The notes beneath the pieces are model-generated. The model did not search any database and had not been told where the DNA came from. It saw nothing but the letters and a program-made list of their open reading frames with translations. A program made the position numbers and the translations under genes. Positions 29,698 through 40,356 of a stretch of DNA of 64,000 bases are shown piece after piece (the stretch's first letter is position 1; every line of letters starts with the position of its first letter). The DNA lies in NCBI GenBank assembly GCA_963578775.1, contig CAUZEG010000001.1, positions 22,041-86,040 of the forward strand. The letters run 5' to 3'. The stretch is from Myxococcales bacterium (GTDB taxonomy: Bacteria; Myxococcota_A; UBA9042; UBA3505).

Positions 29698-32600
29698 TCA
29701 GGGCTGAATACAGAGGGTTTCATAATGCACTTCAATCTCCTGGCCAGGCTGCGGCATGCAAGCGCCATTCTCATCAAAGATGATACTGTTGGATGGGATG
29801 TCGAAGCTCCACCCCTGGTTGCACGGTACGCCATCAATTTTCACGCTGATGGAGTTTGGTTGGGCCAGGCGGGTAAGGAAAAACTGTTTCTTCAAGCCGA
29901 AGGCGATCTCACCGATTTCATCCAGAATACTGCTGTAATTGGAGGCGCAAATAGATGCGTTGACACCGCCTGTTTCCAGGGACACCTGTTGGTAGGTTGG
30001 CGCAGCATCGGCGGCTCCGTATTGGCTGTCACAGCCGCCCGGGACGTCGCCTACGATGGTATGGACGTGAATAAGATCTTCATTGGCGAACCCTTTCAGG
30101 TTTTTGAAGAAGTCGATATAGAAGCTCAGCTCGGCAGGAGACTGGTCCTCTTCATCCGAAATCATAACGATTTCAAGAGCCGCGTCCTCACGTAGGAAGC
30201 CCCAGTTGGCACCTCCGCAGTACTTTGTGGCGCCCGATACGTCGAGGGGATCCCCGTAGCAGCCGCCCGGTGAACAGGCCGCGTCGCTTCCGCAGGAGAT
30301 GGGATTACCCTGGGCGTCTTGCGCCAGATGCGTATTGGGAAGAGTCAGTGCCAGATAGGCGGCTTCAAGACCTTCTTCGGTGCCAGATCCGTTGTCTCCA
30401 ACATTCTTGACGTTGTTCGCAAACGCAGCCAGGCCATTGGGCGTCAGTGGGGTAACAAATCTCGGAGAGCCAAGAAAACGTCCACTGTCGTTGCCGATAT
30501 CCGTGGTGGTCACGGCGAGCTGATAGTTGGTGTTCCAGGCCTGGGCCGCTGCCACCATGCTATCGATGTTGTTGGCGATGTTGTTTTGCTCGTCGCTCAT
30601 GGAGCCGGAGTTGTCGACTACGAACAGGACGTCTACATCCTGGCCGGTCAGCTGGATGAACACATCGGTCTGTTCGATGTCATAGGTGCCTTCACCATGC
30701 ATGGGTACGGTAAGCGCCGGTATATTGGGATCGTCCGATTCCACAATCACCGTACAATGATCGATGCCAAGATTCTGTGGCACATACCGGACTTCCAGCT
30801 TCATTGGGCTTCCTTGAACCAGGACGCCCGGCAGCGGAGGACTGGAAATCAAGTCGAATTCGCTGCTGCAGCCATTATCAAGGTAGATATCGGTCACATT
30901 CAAGGGAGCGTTTCCCTTATTATAGATTGTAACCTCCGTATCCAATGAGGCGCACCCCACGGTAATCACCCCGAATTCAACCTCTTGTGGAATCACTGCG
31001 ATATCGCTGATTCCACTGGCTGCAATCAGGTTCGGATTTATCGAAGACGCGCCAGGTACCGCATCCGTGGGCGCCCACACGGCGTTTCCGTTGACGACGT
31101 CGAACATCTTCATATGAAGGAGGCCTCGATAATTGTCGAACTCCTCGCCAAAGATGCTGGCGTCGGGTGGGGGAGTAAACCGGATTTTAAGGGTTGAGGA
31201 TTCTCCCGGGTTAAGCACCATGGGCGGTGGAACCGCCAGCGCCATGAAGTTTTGACTACTCTGCGCCATCGAGCCTTCACCCGGTGTGCAACCGAAAGAG
31301 AATGGCCCAAAGCTCATGCAGTCAACGATTCGGAGCCGGTCCGGGTCTTCGAAACCAGGGATCTGGCATGCACCGCTTCCCACATTCGTGGCTTTTACGT
31401 CCATGATCTTGATCTTGCCATGGGGAACAATACCGTACTGTATGACCGGGGGAGAAAAGGCGACCTTACATTCCGCCGTTGCGGCAAGATGGGCGATCAT
31501 ACATTTCTGGATCGATGGATTGACCGGATCGTTGGTTTCTATATTCAGGGTGCCCTGTTTGGGGGGGCCAGTACCGAAGTTATTGTTAAAGGTCACCGTG
31601 AACTCGATGGCCGTTCCCGGCTCGACGGTTCCCGGTGCGGGGGGCGATCCCGTAGGAGCAAATCCTGGTACGGGTATGAGATTGAATCCATCTCCGTTCG
31701 CCGTGATACTTGAAACATGGAGTGGAGCGGACCCGCCATTGTACAGGGTAACAACCCTCTCGGTCATTAGACCGATGGCGGTGAATCCGAAGTCGACACA
31801 TCCGGAAGGTGTTATCAGTAGGGATGGGCTGTTTTCTCGTGCGTATACCGGGATCACCACGATGGGTTCGTCGGCATCATTGCTTGCAATGGACACCCCG
31901 CCTACGTTCACAGTACCCGAGCCGAAGGCCTCGGTAGGATCAAAAGCAACGCGCAGAACCAACGGCTCATTCACGGCCAGCAGGACCGGGAATGCGTTCG
32001 GTAGATCCAGGATTGTAAGACCAGCATTCGATCCCAGCGCAGGTTCAATGCTGGTTACCGTCAGTTCAATACTGCCTTGATTTACGACCAGGAGTTCGGC
32101 TTCGGCATGGCCGCCGACCTCTACGTAATCGAGATCGACCACCCCCGGGCTTACGACAATTTCCGGACCGCGCTCGCTCCCGGTTACGCCCACTTCGACG
32201 ACCGGAAGAACAGAGTTGGACAAGGTGATCAAGGCGACACCATGATCGGCATCACCACCGCTCGGATTATAGATGAAATCGACCGTGGCGCGCCCTTCCG
32301 GCGCCAGGTCAAAGGGAACTTGCAGCGTCACTCCGTCTACATCGTGGATGCTGCCAATGGAAAAGTCGGGACTCGCGTCTTCACGCCAGTTGAGCGAGGT
32401 AATCGTCAAAACATCCGAGCCGGCATTGATCAATTCGGCAGACTTGCCGGCCGGAGTTCCCCCGGCCGTTGGCCCAAAGTTGACCGGGTTGGGTAGCACC
32501 AGCAGGGATCCTTCCTGCGGGAGCGCACTGACCGAGATAATCACATCATCTCGGCCCGGTGATAGGGCATTGTGCTTGATCACAATGTTGTCAAAGTCCT

Positions 32601-32964
32601 GTACATCGTCAGTCGGTGTGTAGCAGACATTGACGACCATGGTCTCGCCCGGAGCCGCGGATAAATCATCCGGCAAAACCAGAGAGAAGTCACCTGTCAC
32701 GGACTCCAGGGCGACGCTAGACAGCTCAAGGAATGCCTCGGTACCCGAATGACTGATCGCCAATTCCTGACATTCGGTCTCGAACGGGGCTACGGCACCA
32801 AAGCTGATGAACTCTGGGCTAACGGAAATACCGATATCCTTGTCAATACAGAAACTGCCCGTGCAGTTGCCGGACCCGTTATTGTCAGAGCCACAGGATG
32901 CGAACAGGAATAGCAGGGAAATCAGTGTTGACAGAACTGTCTGTCGGCGGGCGACAAAGGCCAT
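29698..32964 (-). CDS. Giant secreted lipoprotein (1088 aa) with multiple Ig-like repeats and a C-terminal von Willebrand factor A domain
   Basis: Lipobox FASCGS; at least 6 LxIxNxGxxxLxV-type repeats; MIDAS motif DVLFVVDNSGSM near residue 770; Cys-rich C-terminal end. Confidence 0.65.
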   Translation of the reverse strand: MAFVARRQTVLSTLISLLFLFASCGSDNNGSGNCTGSFCIDKDIGISVSPEFISFGAVAPFETECQELAISHSGTEAFLELSSVALESVTGDFSLVLPDDLSAAPGETMVVNVCYTPTDDVQDFDNIVIKHNALSPGRDDVIISVSALPQEGSLLVLPNPVNFGPTAGGTPAGKSAELINAGSDVLTITSLNWREDASPDFSIGSIHDVDGVTLQVPFDLAPEGRATVDFIYNPSGGDADHGVALITLSNSVLPVVEVGVTGSERGPEIVVSPGVVDLDYVEVGGHAEAELLVVNQGSIELTVTSIEPALGSNAGLTILDLPNAFPVLLAVNEPLVLRVAFDPTEAFGSGTVNVGGVSIASNDADEPIVVIPVYARENSPSLLITPSGCVDFGFTAIGLMTERVVTLYNGGSAPLHVSSITANGDGFNLIPVPGFAPTGSPPAPGTVEPGTAIEFTVTFNNNFGTGPPKQGTLNIETNDPVNPSIQKCMIAHLAATAECKVAFSPPVIQYGIVPHGKIKIMDVKATNVGSGACQIPGFEDPDRLRIVDCMSFGPFSFGCTPGEGSMAQSSQNFMALAVPPPMVLNPGESSTLKIRFTPPPDASIFGEEFDNYRGLLHMKMFDVVNGNAVWAPTDAVPGASSINPNLIAASGISDIAVIPQEVEFGVITVGCASLDTEVTIYNKGNAPLNVTDIYLDNGCSSEFDLISSPPLPGVLVQGSPMKLEVRYVPQNLGIDHCTVIVESDDPNIPALTVPMHGEGTYDIEQTDVFIQLTGQDVDVLFVVDNSGSMSDEQNNIANNIDSMVAAAQAWNTNYQLAVTTTDIGNDSGRFLGSPRFVTPLTPNGLAAFANNVKNVGDNGSGTEEGLEAAYLALTLPNTHLAQDAQGNPISCGSDAACSPGGCYGDPLDVSGATKYCGGANWGFLREDAALEIVMISDEEDQSPAELSFYIDFFKNLKGFANEDLIHVHTIVGDVPGGCDSQYGAADAAPTYQQVSLETGGVNASICASNYSSILDEIGEIAFGLKKQFFLTRLAQPNSISVKIDGVPCNQGWSFDIPSNSIIFDENGACMPQPGQEIEVHYETLCIQP

Positions 32965-32989
32965 AGTGCGTTCTCTTTTTTTTGTTAGA

Positions 32990-35305
32990 TCAGGGTGAGA
33001 AAAATGGATTTACGTAGTTTGGGATAATCTTGAGACCGTTGAAACCGCTCCCGAAAATAGGTTGTACGGTTTGTTCCGGCCACGAGATCTCGCAAACCTC
33101 CCACATATCCTTTTCTGCGAGTTGAACGCCCTCTTTTGCCCACACTTCATTCCCGAATATGTACACACGAATCGTCGCTTGCGACGGCCCGAAACCGTTC
33201 GGATGCGCCGGTGATTGGGGGTCGTCCCAATAATGAACCCCAACCTTGTACGTGATACCGTTCTCAGGAACATTCAGATTCAGATTTTCCGGGCCGGCAC
33301 CATCGGTGTCGTCTCGGTCAAGACTCGGATTGTCGTCGATATTCGGGTCCAGTGATCCCCATTCCCGAGTGGGGAAGTACCAGAAACAATCGAAATCCGG
33401 GTCAAAGTAGCCATCGCCTTCACCATCGTTGTCAAGGTCCTGGCCATGTGCGAATTCGTGTACGAAGTGAAGATCCAGGTCGGTTCCCGCTTTGGAGCCT
33501 TCATCAAATTCATTGGTGTCGCCAGGCGTATGCCACAGCAGCTCGACGTGAATCGCTTCGTCAGGGGTCACAGTTACGATCCGGATCGCTGGCTCACAGG
33601 ATTCCTGGCCTGTTGAATCCCATACGGTGAGTTGGAAAACATACTCTCCCGCCGCGTTTACCGCGAAGACAGGATTGGGGAAGTTAACCCCTGGGATGAA
33701 CTGGCTGGTGGAGCCCTCTGGCTGGTCGATGGACCACTCATAGGAGTTGATCGACGCCCCACTGGTGGGTACGGACGCGGTTCCGTCCAGGTGCAACGTC
33801 GTCTGAGGAATGACATTGGTCCCTTCTTCGATCTCGATGACTGCCGTGGGACAAAGCACCGGCACGGAATAGCCGGTGATTTCCACAGGGACATACTCCG
33901 TGAAAGCATTCGTGCGAACAATAACGTAGCCACGATCGGGGATCGGGAGTCCATTTTCGTCTTTCGGCGATTCGGTGTCCGGCGTGATGAAGGTCACCGT
34001 GAAGGTCTCAAACAGGTTGACTGGTATCGACCAGGGTGCTTCCAGACTGGGTTCGGTTGCCTCTGGGCTTATATCGAAATTGAGGGAGAACTGGGCGCTG
34101 CTCGATGTAACGCCCAGGGAGCTCAGGACCGGATTTGTTGCATCGTCAGGCGTGGACAAGCGGACCTCATCGACCCGTAATGCCTCGTCGCCACAGGACT
34201 CGACCTGCACATCGATCTGGCTGATATTGCCGCCCTTTAGCTTGGCACCAAAATTCACATTGGACGGGACGACCTTGATACATGGGCCGGCCTCATTTCC
34301 AGAGAGATTGATTTCCTTCCCATCGATCGTGTTTTCACTATTTCCGTAGATGACCAGTTTTCCGTTGGCCGGTCGCTCTTCGTCCGGCGAGAACTGGATA
34401 TGGACATAGGCATTTTCCCCCTGTTCGATTTCCAGCGGCGGCTCGAATACGACTTCTTCATTGGCTCCAAAGACGGATTCCTCAACCACAAGCGAAAAGA
34501 ACTGATCACCGAGAACCAGCATGCGGAAGATCAGGAGTGTTCCACTGCCTGTGTTCAACAACAGTACGGGTTCTTCTGGGTTTTCACCGGCATGAACGTT
34601 CTTGAACACGACCTCACTGGGGTTCGTAACCAGGATGGGTTCGGCTTTCTGAATGAACACGGGAATGACCGCCTGGCCATTGCCCGGGGAGTTATTGATG
34701 AGTTCAAGTCCCAGAGCACGAGGGATTTCATCGGCCAGAGTATATTCCAACTCGATATGTACTTCGTCGGATAGCTCGGAGGTACCAAGTCCGGTTTCAA
34801 CGACTGTAATAGGCGCCGTCAAATCGGGATCGTCGCCAGGTACCATATGGGCGATGTCACCGCGGTAGATTCGATTAATGCGAACCCCGGGGTCGACCGC
34901 GACAGCCGCGCAATCGGCGTCACTGTTACAGGCGACGGTCAAGTCTTTACCACATACTCGTGCGGGTGCCTCTTCTGCTGAACACAGGGGAGCCGTGAGT
35001 CCCAGACAGAGCTCACTGGTCTTATAGCAGGTATCGACATTTAGCCGGATGGTCTCCAGCACCAGATCCTTGTTGCCCGTATTTTGAATGGTGAGAACTT
35101 CCGTTGCGGTCTGCGCACTGTCAAAGGAGATGACTTCTGGGATCGTCTCCAGGACGGGTTTCTCGTCCAGGGAGAACTTATCCTCTCCACCACAGCCGAT
35201 GGTCAGCATTATCGCCAACGGAACGACGATCGCTTTGAACAAGTTCGAGCGACCGGTTCCAGTACGTTGAGTTTGTTTCGGGCAGAAGAGAAAGGATCGG
35301 ATCAT
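32990..35305 (-). CDS. Large secreted lipoprotein (about 771 aa) with Ig-like/PKD-like repeats and an Asp-rich Ca-binding-like C-terminal domain
   Basis: Start taken at the internal Met (MIRSFLF), preceded by GGAG 7 nt upstream. Lipobox LTIGCGG; DLDNDGEGDGYFDPDFD motif. Confidence 0.6.
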   Translation of the reverse strand: MIRSFLFCPKQTQRTGTGRSNLFKAIVVPLAIMLTIGCGGEDKFSLDEKPVLETIPEVISFDSAQTATEVLTIQNTGNKDLVLETIRLNVDTCYKTSELCLGLTAPLCSAEEAPARVCGKDLTVACNSDADCAAVAVDPGVRINRIYRGDIAHMVPGDDPDLTAPITVVETGLGTSELSDEVHIELEYTLADEIPRALGLELINNSPGNGQAVIPVFIQKAEPILVTNPSEVVFKNVHAGENPEEPVLLLNTGSGTLLIFRMLVLGDQFFSLVVEESVFGANEEVVFEPPLEIEQGENAYVHIQFSPDEERPANGKLVIYGNSENTIDGKEINLSGNEAGPCIKVVPSNVNFGAKLKGGNISQIDVQVESCGDEALRVDEVRLSTPDDATNPVLSSLGVTSSSAQFSLNFDISPEATEPSLEAPWSIPVNLFETFTVTFITPDTESPKDENGLPIPDRGYVIVRTNAFTEYVPVEITGYSVPVLCPTAVIEIEEGTNVIPQTTLHLDGTASVPTSGASINSYEWSIDQPEGSTSQFIPGVNFPNPVFAVNAAGEYVFQLTVWDSTGQESCEPAIRIVTVTPDEAIHVELLWHTPGDTNEFDEGSKAGTDLDLHFVHEFAHGQDLDNDGEGDGYFDPDFDCFWYFPTREWGSLDPNIDDNPSLDRDDTDGAGPENLNLNVPENGITYKVGVHYWDDPQSPAHPNGFGPSQATIRVYIFGNEVWAKEGVQLAEKDMWEVCEISWPEQTVQPIFGSGFNGLKIIPNYVNPFFSP

Positions 35306-35837
35306 AAAAAACTCCAGGCAACGGAGGGCTATACGGTAAGACAATGTATACAGAAAAGGTGTTCGTAGACAGCGTACAAAATCCGGTAACAGAGGTGGAA
35401 CACAAAAGATTGCGCGCATACGTGGAGCGCGAAGTATAGGCAACCACGGGAAAGCCGGTCAATACCAGATCTGGCATCCTCAGGTTTTTCGGGCTGTAAT
35501 CACTATTCCGAGCAGCTACTACTCCATGCTCTTACGGTTGGTCGGGCGCGTTGTTTTGCCATCCGCGGCCCTGCCAGAACCATGAAAACGTCGTGATTTA
35601 GCGGGACCATCGTCGTTTTACGGTCGTAGACAGCAACAAGAAGACGACCTTTTGAAACAATCTGGACAGACGTAGAATTCAAGGTACAAACACGGTCGTG
35701 CATTGTAATTGTCATCCAGGGTTGACAGATGGATTGTCTTTCCTCGATGATGGCGCGCCAGTCGGGTTGATTTGTCTTAGGCACTTGGAAGTTCGTAGTT
35801 TGTTGGTTTCCTTTTCCAGTAAGTAGCGTGCCGTAAT

Positions 35838-37628
35838 ATGAAAACAGTCTTGAATTCTCCGAAATCTGTTCAACAAATCGTATATGCCGTTGTCATTTTG
35901 TGGCTGGTGTCCAGCCTGAGTATGCTTGGCTGTGATATGACGGCCAAGTTCCACGTCAAGCGTATTAAATTTGATCGTATGCAGGCCGTTTCGATGTTCC
36001 CGGCCGAACAAACGCCCAACGGATTCCAACGAGTCTGTAGCGGTCCGGCTCAGTATATCGAACTCAACATGAACTTCGTGTCCACCGAACGAACGGAGAG
36101 TGGTTCCGGTCAGGCCGAGGATCCGGATAAGGACCGTTCGATTCGCCCCGGCGACACCGTCGCAAAGGGAGCCGAACGTGAAGTGGTGGAAGAGGGTGTT
36201 ACGGTAACCAAGGACACGATTGACATCGAAATGGACTGTATCGAGTCCTATCCGGATACAGACCTTACCGGTGCCCAGTCCTGTTCCGATCTGTCGGAGC
36301 CTGCGTCTCCGATGCAGACCCTCAACTACAAAGAGATTACCGCCAGTCGGAACCACCATGTATCTGTTGCCCTTGTTATTGACGATACCGGCTCGATGCT
36401 CGGACTCGTAAATAAGGGGGATTACAAAGAAGAGCGTGCTGCGGCCACCGAGTGCTTATTGCTCTCCAATATCTCCAGTTATGGTTCCGATACCAAACGC
36501 TATCGACTGAGTGAGGGGAAAACCTTCATCAACAGTCTGAACGATGACGATGAACTCATCCTCTACAGCTATAACGGCGAGGCGGGAGTGAAAGTCGTAT
36601 GCACCGAGACGGCTGAGACCGAGTTGGAGCGTGCCAACAAATGTTTCGGTACGCGCCGAGATATTTTTGTGAACGCAACCAGTCAGCTCACCGGCACGGC
36701 CAGTGATCGCAGTAATCTGTGGGATGCAGCGGCCACGGCCTGGGATTTTCTGAAGGAAAAGGCGACGGGTGAAAAGCATATTCTGATCGTCAACGATGGC
36801 CCCGACACCTGTACGGCCAGCGAAGACTATCGGCGCGGCGTCCCGGCCTGTTCCGCAACGGGCTACGACGACTTCCTTGAGATCATCGAGGAGGAATTCG
36901 CAACGCACCAGATCCATGTGTCGTTCATCCAGTTTCAGGGCTACGCCTATCGCGACCATGATCCCCGCCAATGGGAAGCAGCCTGTCTGACGGGTGGTCA
37001 GTATGTGTTCATCAACAGCGAAGATCTTCCCCATGACGGGGGTGGCCTTCGTGACGCCCTACGCGAGGCATTTAGTAAGGTACGGTACACCTTGGCTGGA
37101 TCCTGGCGTGCCATCACCAAGGTACCCTCCTTCGAGAGCGATGATGTAGGAGGTGCTTCGCCGGGCGCCATGTATGCAGTCGCCGGTGGCATAACCTTGA
37201 ATGCCGGCACGATATTCAAGGATCCGTCTGTGTACCAGGCGTTCCGCATTAATGGTGCGGACGACAACCGGATGGCCCTTCGAAAGTCCTGTGCAGACCA
37301 TGCCGAATGCACCGCCAGCTTCGACGCCTGTCAAAGCCCCTGTTCACCCGAGTCGAGTATCTGTACGGATCATCGTACTGAGGTTGCAGCTGGGGAATTT
37401 TATATCGTTCCGGACGGTAGCGCGTGTACCGATGCTTCGGCCGGCATTTGTTGCGATGCCACGTGTTCGGATATCGCCGAATGTTCTGCTCCTGCGCCGA
37501 CCGCATGTACCGAAGACCAGGATTGTAACCAGGGTGATTTGTGTATCCCTGGCGATTCATTTTGTTCATGGCAGCTCTGCTCCGGCAACACGAGTGTTTG
37601 TTATGAATGCCACGAACAGGCCCCCTGA
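35838..37628 (+). CDS. VWA-domain lipoprotein with Cys-rich C-terminal module (CglB-like adhesin candidate)
   Basis: Signal + lipobox (SMLGCD); MIDAS motif VALVIDDTGSM; about 20 Cys in the last 120 aa; first gene of the Glt/Nfs-like operon. Confidence 0.6.
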   Translation: MKTVLNSPKSVQQIVYAVVILWLVSSLSMLGCDMTAKFHVKRIKFDRMQAVSMFPAEQTPNGFQRVCSGPAQYIELNMNFVSTERTESGSGQAEDPDKDRSIRPGDTVAKGAEREVVEEGVTVTKDTIDIEMDCIESYPDTDLTGAQSCSDLSEPASPMQTLNYKEITASRNHHVSVALVIDDTGSMLGLVNKGDYKEERAAATECLLLSNISSYGSDTKRYRLSEGKTFINSLNDDDELILYSYNGEAGVKVVCTETAETELERANKCFGTRRDIFVNATSQLTGTASDRSNLWDAAATAWDFLKEKATGEKHILIVNDGPDTCTASEDYRRGVPACSATGYDDFLEIIEEEFATHQIHVSFIQFQGYAYRDHDPRQWEAACLTGGQYVFINSEDLPHDGGGLRDALREAFSKVRYTLAGSWRAITKVPSFESDDVGGASPGAMYAVAGGITLNAGTIFKDPSVYQAFRINGADDNRMALRKSCADHAECTASFDACQSPCSPESSICTDHRTEVAAGEFYIVPDGSACTDASAGICCDATCSDIAECSAPAPTACTEDQDCNQGDLCIPGDSFCSWQLCSGNTSVCYECHEQAP

Positions 37629-37679
37629 TTGTTCTCCTATCTCTGTATTTCTCCGTAGTTCTTGAAAAAGGTCGAAACG

Positions 37680-38405
37680 ATGAAGAAAAATCGTATCGTA
37701 GCTCTCTTCACCATCGTACTACTTGCGTTTGGTGCTGTGTCGTTCAACCCGACGACCGGATTCGCAAAAGATACCAACTCGGTGGATGAGGCCTTCGACC
37801 TCTACTGGGCTAAGAAGCGAGCTATTCGTGTCATTCAGAAGCGTAAGTACCTCAAGGAAAATCGCACCGAGTTGTTTTTCCAGTCTGGTGTGATTCCAAA
37901 CGATGACTTTTGGCTGTACATCCCGATTGGTGTCGGGGCCACCTATTTCATCTCGGAAGCAATCGGGATAGAGTTGGAAGGATCCTACATCCATCCGAAG
38001 CGTAGTGAGTTGAAAGGCTTTCTGGAGGCTAACAAACTCGATGTGGGATTGCCGCAGTATCTTGTTTATCACGGTACCTTGAGCGGCATGTGGAGCCCGG
38101 CCCACGGAAAGATTGGCTTCTTCTCGTCAAAGCTCGTTCATTTTGATCTATCGTTTTCCTTCGGCATTGGTGTGATGGGAACCATGGTGGATCGGGATGG
38201 TGATGGGAAAGAATACGAGCATGCGCCGACCTTTACCGGCGCTCTTGGGGCGGCTTTCCGCCTCTGGTTCTCGGATAAGATCGCCATGCGAATTGGGTAT
38301 CGACACTATTTCCATCCGGCCGATCAAGAAGCTGTTGGTGGAGGCGTGTCCTTCCCGGCCGAGTTCTTTGTCGGTGCGAGCTTTCTCACCGGCGGAACGG
38401 AATAG
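37680..38405 (+). CDS. Small outer-membrane beta-barrel protein (GltA/GltB/NfsA/NfsB-like)
   Basis: Signal peptide IVALFTIVLLAFGAVS with an amphipathic alternating beta-strand pattern. ATG at 37680 with an AAAGG RBS is preferred over the TTG at 37662. Confidence 0.55.
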   Translation: MKKNRIVALFTIVLLAFGAVSFNPTTGFAKDTNSVDEAFDLYWAKKRAIRVIQKRKYLKENRTELFFQSGVIPNDDFWLYIPIGVGATYFISEAIGIELEGSYIHPKRSELKGFLEANKLDVGLPQYLVYHGTLSGMWSPAHGKIGFFSSKLVHFDLSFSFGIGVMGTMVDRDGDGKEYEHAPTFTGALGAAFRLWFSDKIAMRIGYRHYFHPADQEAVGGGVSFPAEFFVGASFLTGGTE

Positions 38406-38427
38406 GCGCACCGTTGGTTAGATTAGA

Positions 38428-40356
38428 TTGGACGCTTACAGCCAGGAAGACAGTATGAAAGCTCGCCAGAAACAACTTCTTGTTCCGTTCGTTATGTTGA
38501 CGCTGCTGCTTGTAGCCGGGACCGGTTCCGCCTTGGCGATTACAAAGGCGCAGATTATCCAGCTTACGGAGTTGGAGGTGCCCGCGTCTGTGATCCTCAA
38601 AAAGATGAACAAAGATAGAACGGTCTTCAAGCTTTCGCCGACAGAGATCTATGAGCTGAAGAAAAAGGGAGTGGATGCCGCAGTCATCAATTTGATGCTG
38701 GCCTCACCGGAGAAGTTCAAGACCAAAGGCGCGGCGACGACGACAACCCCAAAGAAGACAGAACCGACCCTCACTCCGGAGATGAAAGCGGCGCAAGAGG
38801 AACGTATGCGCAAAGAGGCCCAGCGCCTCGCCGAGCAGCTGGAGAAACGGCGAGCTCGTCAGCGTAGGGTCTATGCCCAGGGTGTTCTAAAGAAGGGAAA
38901 ACAACTGGCAGATAAGGGGCGTTTCGTTGAATCCATCAAGAAGTTTCAGCGGTTCCTATCGGATGGTTCTTTCGCTCCGGGCAGTGAGGAATACATTATT
39001 GCCCATTACGGAATTGCCAACGCCCTGGTGAAGGCCCGCTTGAATCAAGCGGCAGCGGAAACGCTGGTTCAGGTGTTGATCGCCTCCGATCAGTTGCGTC
39101 AGCTCGCTCCCGAATATGAAGCCCCGTTCTTTGTGCAGGCCTTTCATGACCTGCGCCGCCTTCGTCAAACCGTGGGATACAGTCCACCGGAGCTTGAACA
39201 ACTGACAACGATGGATCCGTCGTTCTTCGGAGCCAAGTTCCAGGACGAGTTCTATTATGTATTGGGCGAATTCTTCTACGAGTCGCAGCGTCCCGAGCGG
39301 GCCGAACCCTATTTCAATCGGATCTCCGACCGGAGCCCAGATTACCCGAAGGCGCTCTATCTGAAATCTCTTCAGCTGGTAGACCAACAGCAGTTCCGGT
39401 CGGCCGCGCAGATGCTGCAAGAGGTGATCATTTCGGCCGAACGAAACGGTACGGAGTACACGGTCATTGAACTTGCATATCTGGCGTTGGCCCGTATTGC
39501 CTATGCCAATAATGATTATTATGCGGCCGTCTTCTATTACAGGAAGATCAACGTGGATTCGGTTCGAGCACCGATCGCGTTTTTTGAGTCTGCCTGGTCC
39601 TATTTCCTGAACGGTGATCGGGTTCGTGCTCTGGGCATGTTCCACGCCTTGCATTCACCGGCTTTGAATCATTATTTCTACCCGGAACTCTGGATTCTTG
39701 AGGCCACAATCTATCTGAACAGTTGCCATTATAAAGAGGCCCGCAAGGCATTGGATATGTTCAATGATAGAGTGGCCGTACTTGCTATCCCGCTCACAAA
39801 ATTCCTCCGAAAGCAACGTAAGCCGCAAGATGCATACAAGGCCGTCATTGCTACGGTTGCTGGCTCACGAAACTACGATCTGCCCCCGGACCTGACCAAG
39901 CCGCTCCTCGCGGATGTACTGTTCTATAATTATTACCGAACGATTCGTCAGGTCGAAAAGGAACAGGTGATCTTAAACAAGGTGAAAGATGACCTGGCTG
40001 GTTTGAGGAATAGTCTGCTTGCCAAGCTTGCTACAGCTCGTGCGAGTACCGTCATTCATGCTGGCATTCGGGTACAGCAGATGTTACGCGCCGTGAAGGG
40101 CGATATTGATAAATACAGTATCAACGTCACGGAGATTGAAATTGACTTGTCCGCGATCGAGATGGAAGCCATTGATGAGGAGACCCGCCGTTTGATGGCA
40201 CAAGAGCAAGAACAGGCTGAAAAACGTCGAAAATCCGCAGAAGGAGCACTGGCGGTTGTCGGCTCCGATTCCATGGCTTGGCCCTTTGAAGGGGAATATT
40301 GGGTCGACGAGATTCCATATTATAGAGCGATGTTGAAAGATAGGTGTGCCCAATGA
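38428..40356 (+). CDS. Secreted TPR-like periplasmic protein (GltC/NfsC-like)
   Basis: Signal peptide (..LLLVAGTGSALA), Thr/Lys-rich linker, then an all-alpha TPR-like region; 642 aa; 13-bp overlap with the next gene. Confidence 0.5.
   Translation: MDAYSQEDSMKARQKQLLVPFVMLTLLLVAGTGSALAITKAQIIQLTELEVPASVILKKMNKDRTVFKLSPTEIYELKKKGVDAAVINLMLASPEKFKTKGAATTTTPKKTEPTLTPEMKAAQEERMRKEAQRLAEQLEKRRARQRRVYAQGVLKKGKQLADKGRFVESIKKFQRFLSDGSFAPGSEEYIIAHYGIANALVKARLNQAAAETLVQVLIASDQLRQLAPEYEAPFFVQAFHDLRRLRQTVGYSPPELEQLTTMDPSFFGAKFQDEFYYVLGEFFYESQRPERAEPYFNRISDRSPDYPKALYLKSLQLVDQQQFRSAAQMLQEVIISAERNGTEYTVIELAYLALARIAYANNDYYAAVFYYRKINVDSVRAPIAFFESAWSYFLNGDRVRALGMFHALHSPALNHYFYPELWILEATIYLNSCHYKEARKALDMFNDRVAVLAIPLTKFLRKQRKPQDAYKAVIATVAGSRNYDLPPDLTKPLLADVLFYNYYRTIRQVEKEQVILNKVKDDLAGLRNSLLAKLATARASTVIHAGIRVQQMLRAVKGDIDKYSINVTEIEIDLSAIEMEAIDEETRRLMAQEQEQAEKRRKSAEGALAVVGSDSMAWPFEGEYWVDEIPYYRAMLKDRCAQ

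Noticed and set aside
35503-35784. 93-aa minus-strand ORF inside the 394-bp divergent intergenic region
   Set aside because: It has no RBS and no domain, and it lies where the promoters of two operons are expected.
37662-37679. Upstream TTG start (reported as M) for the beta-barrel gene
   Set aside because: The ATG at 37680 with an AAAGG RBS gives a canonical signal peptide. The TTG extension adds six residues (KKVETM) that do not fit a signal n-region.
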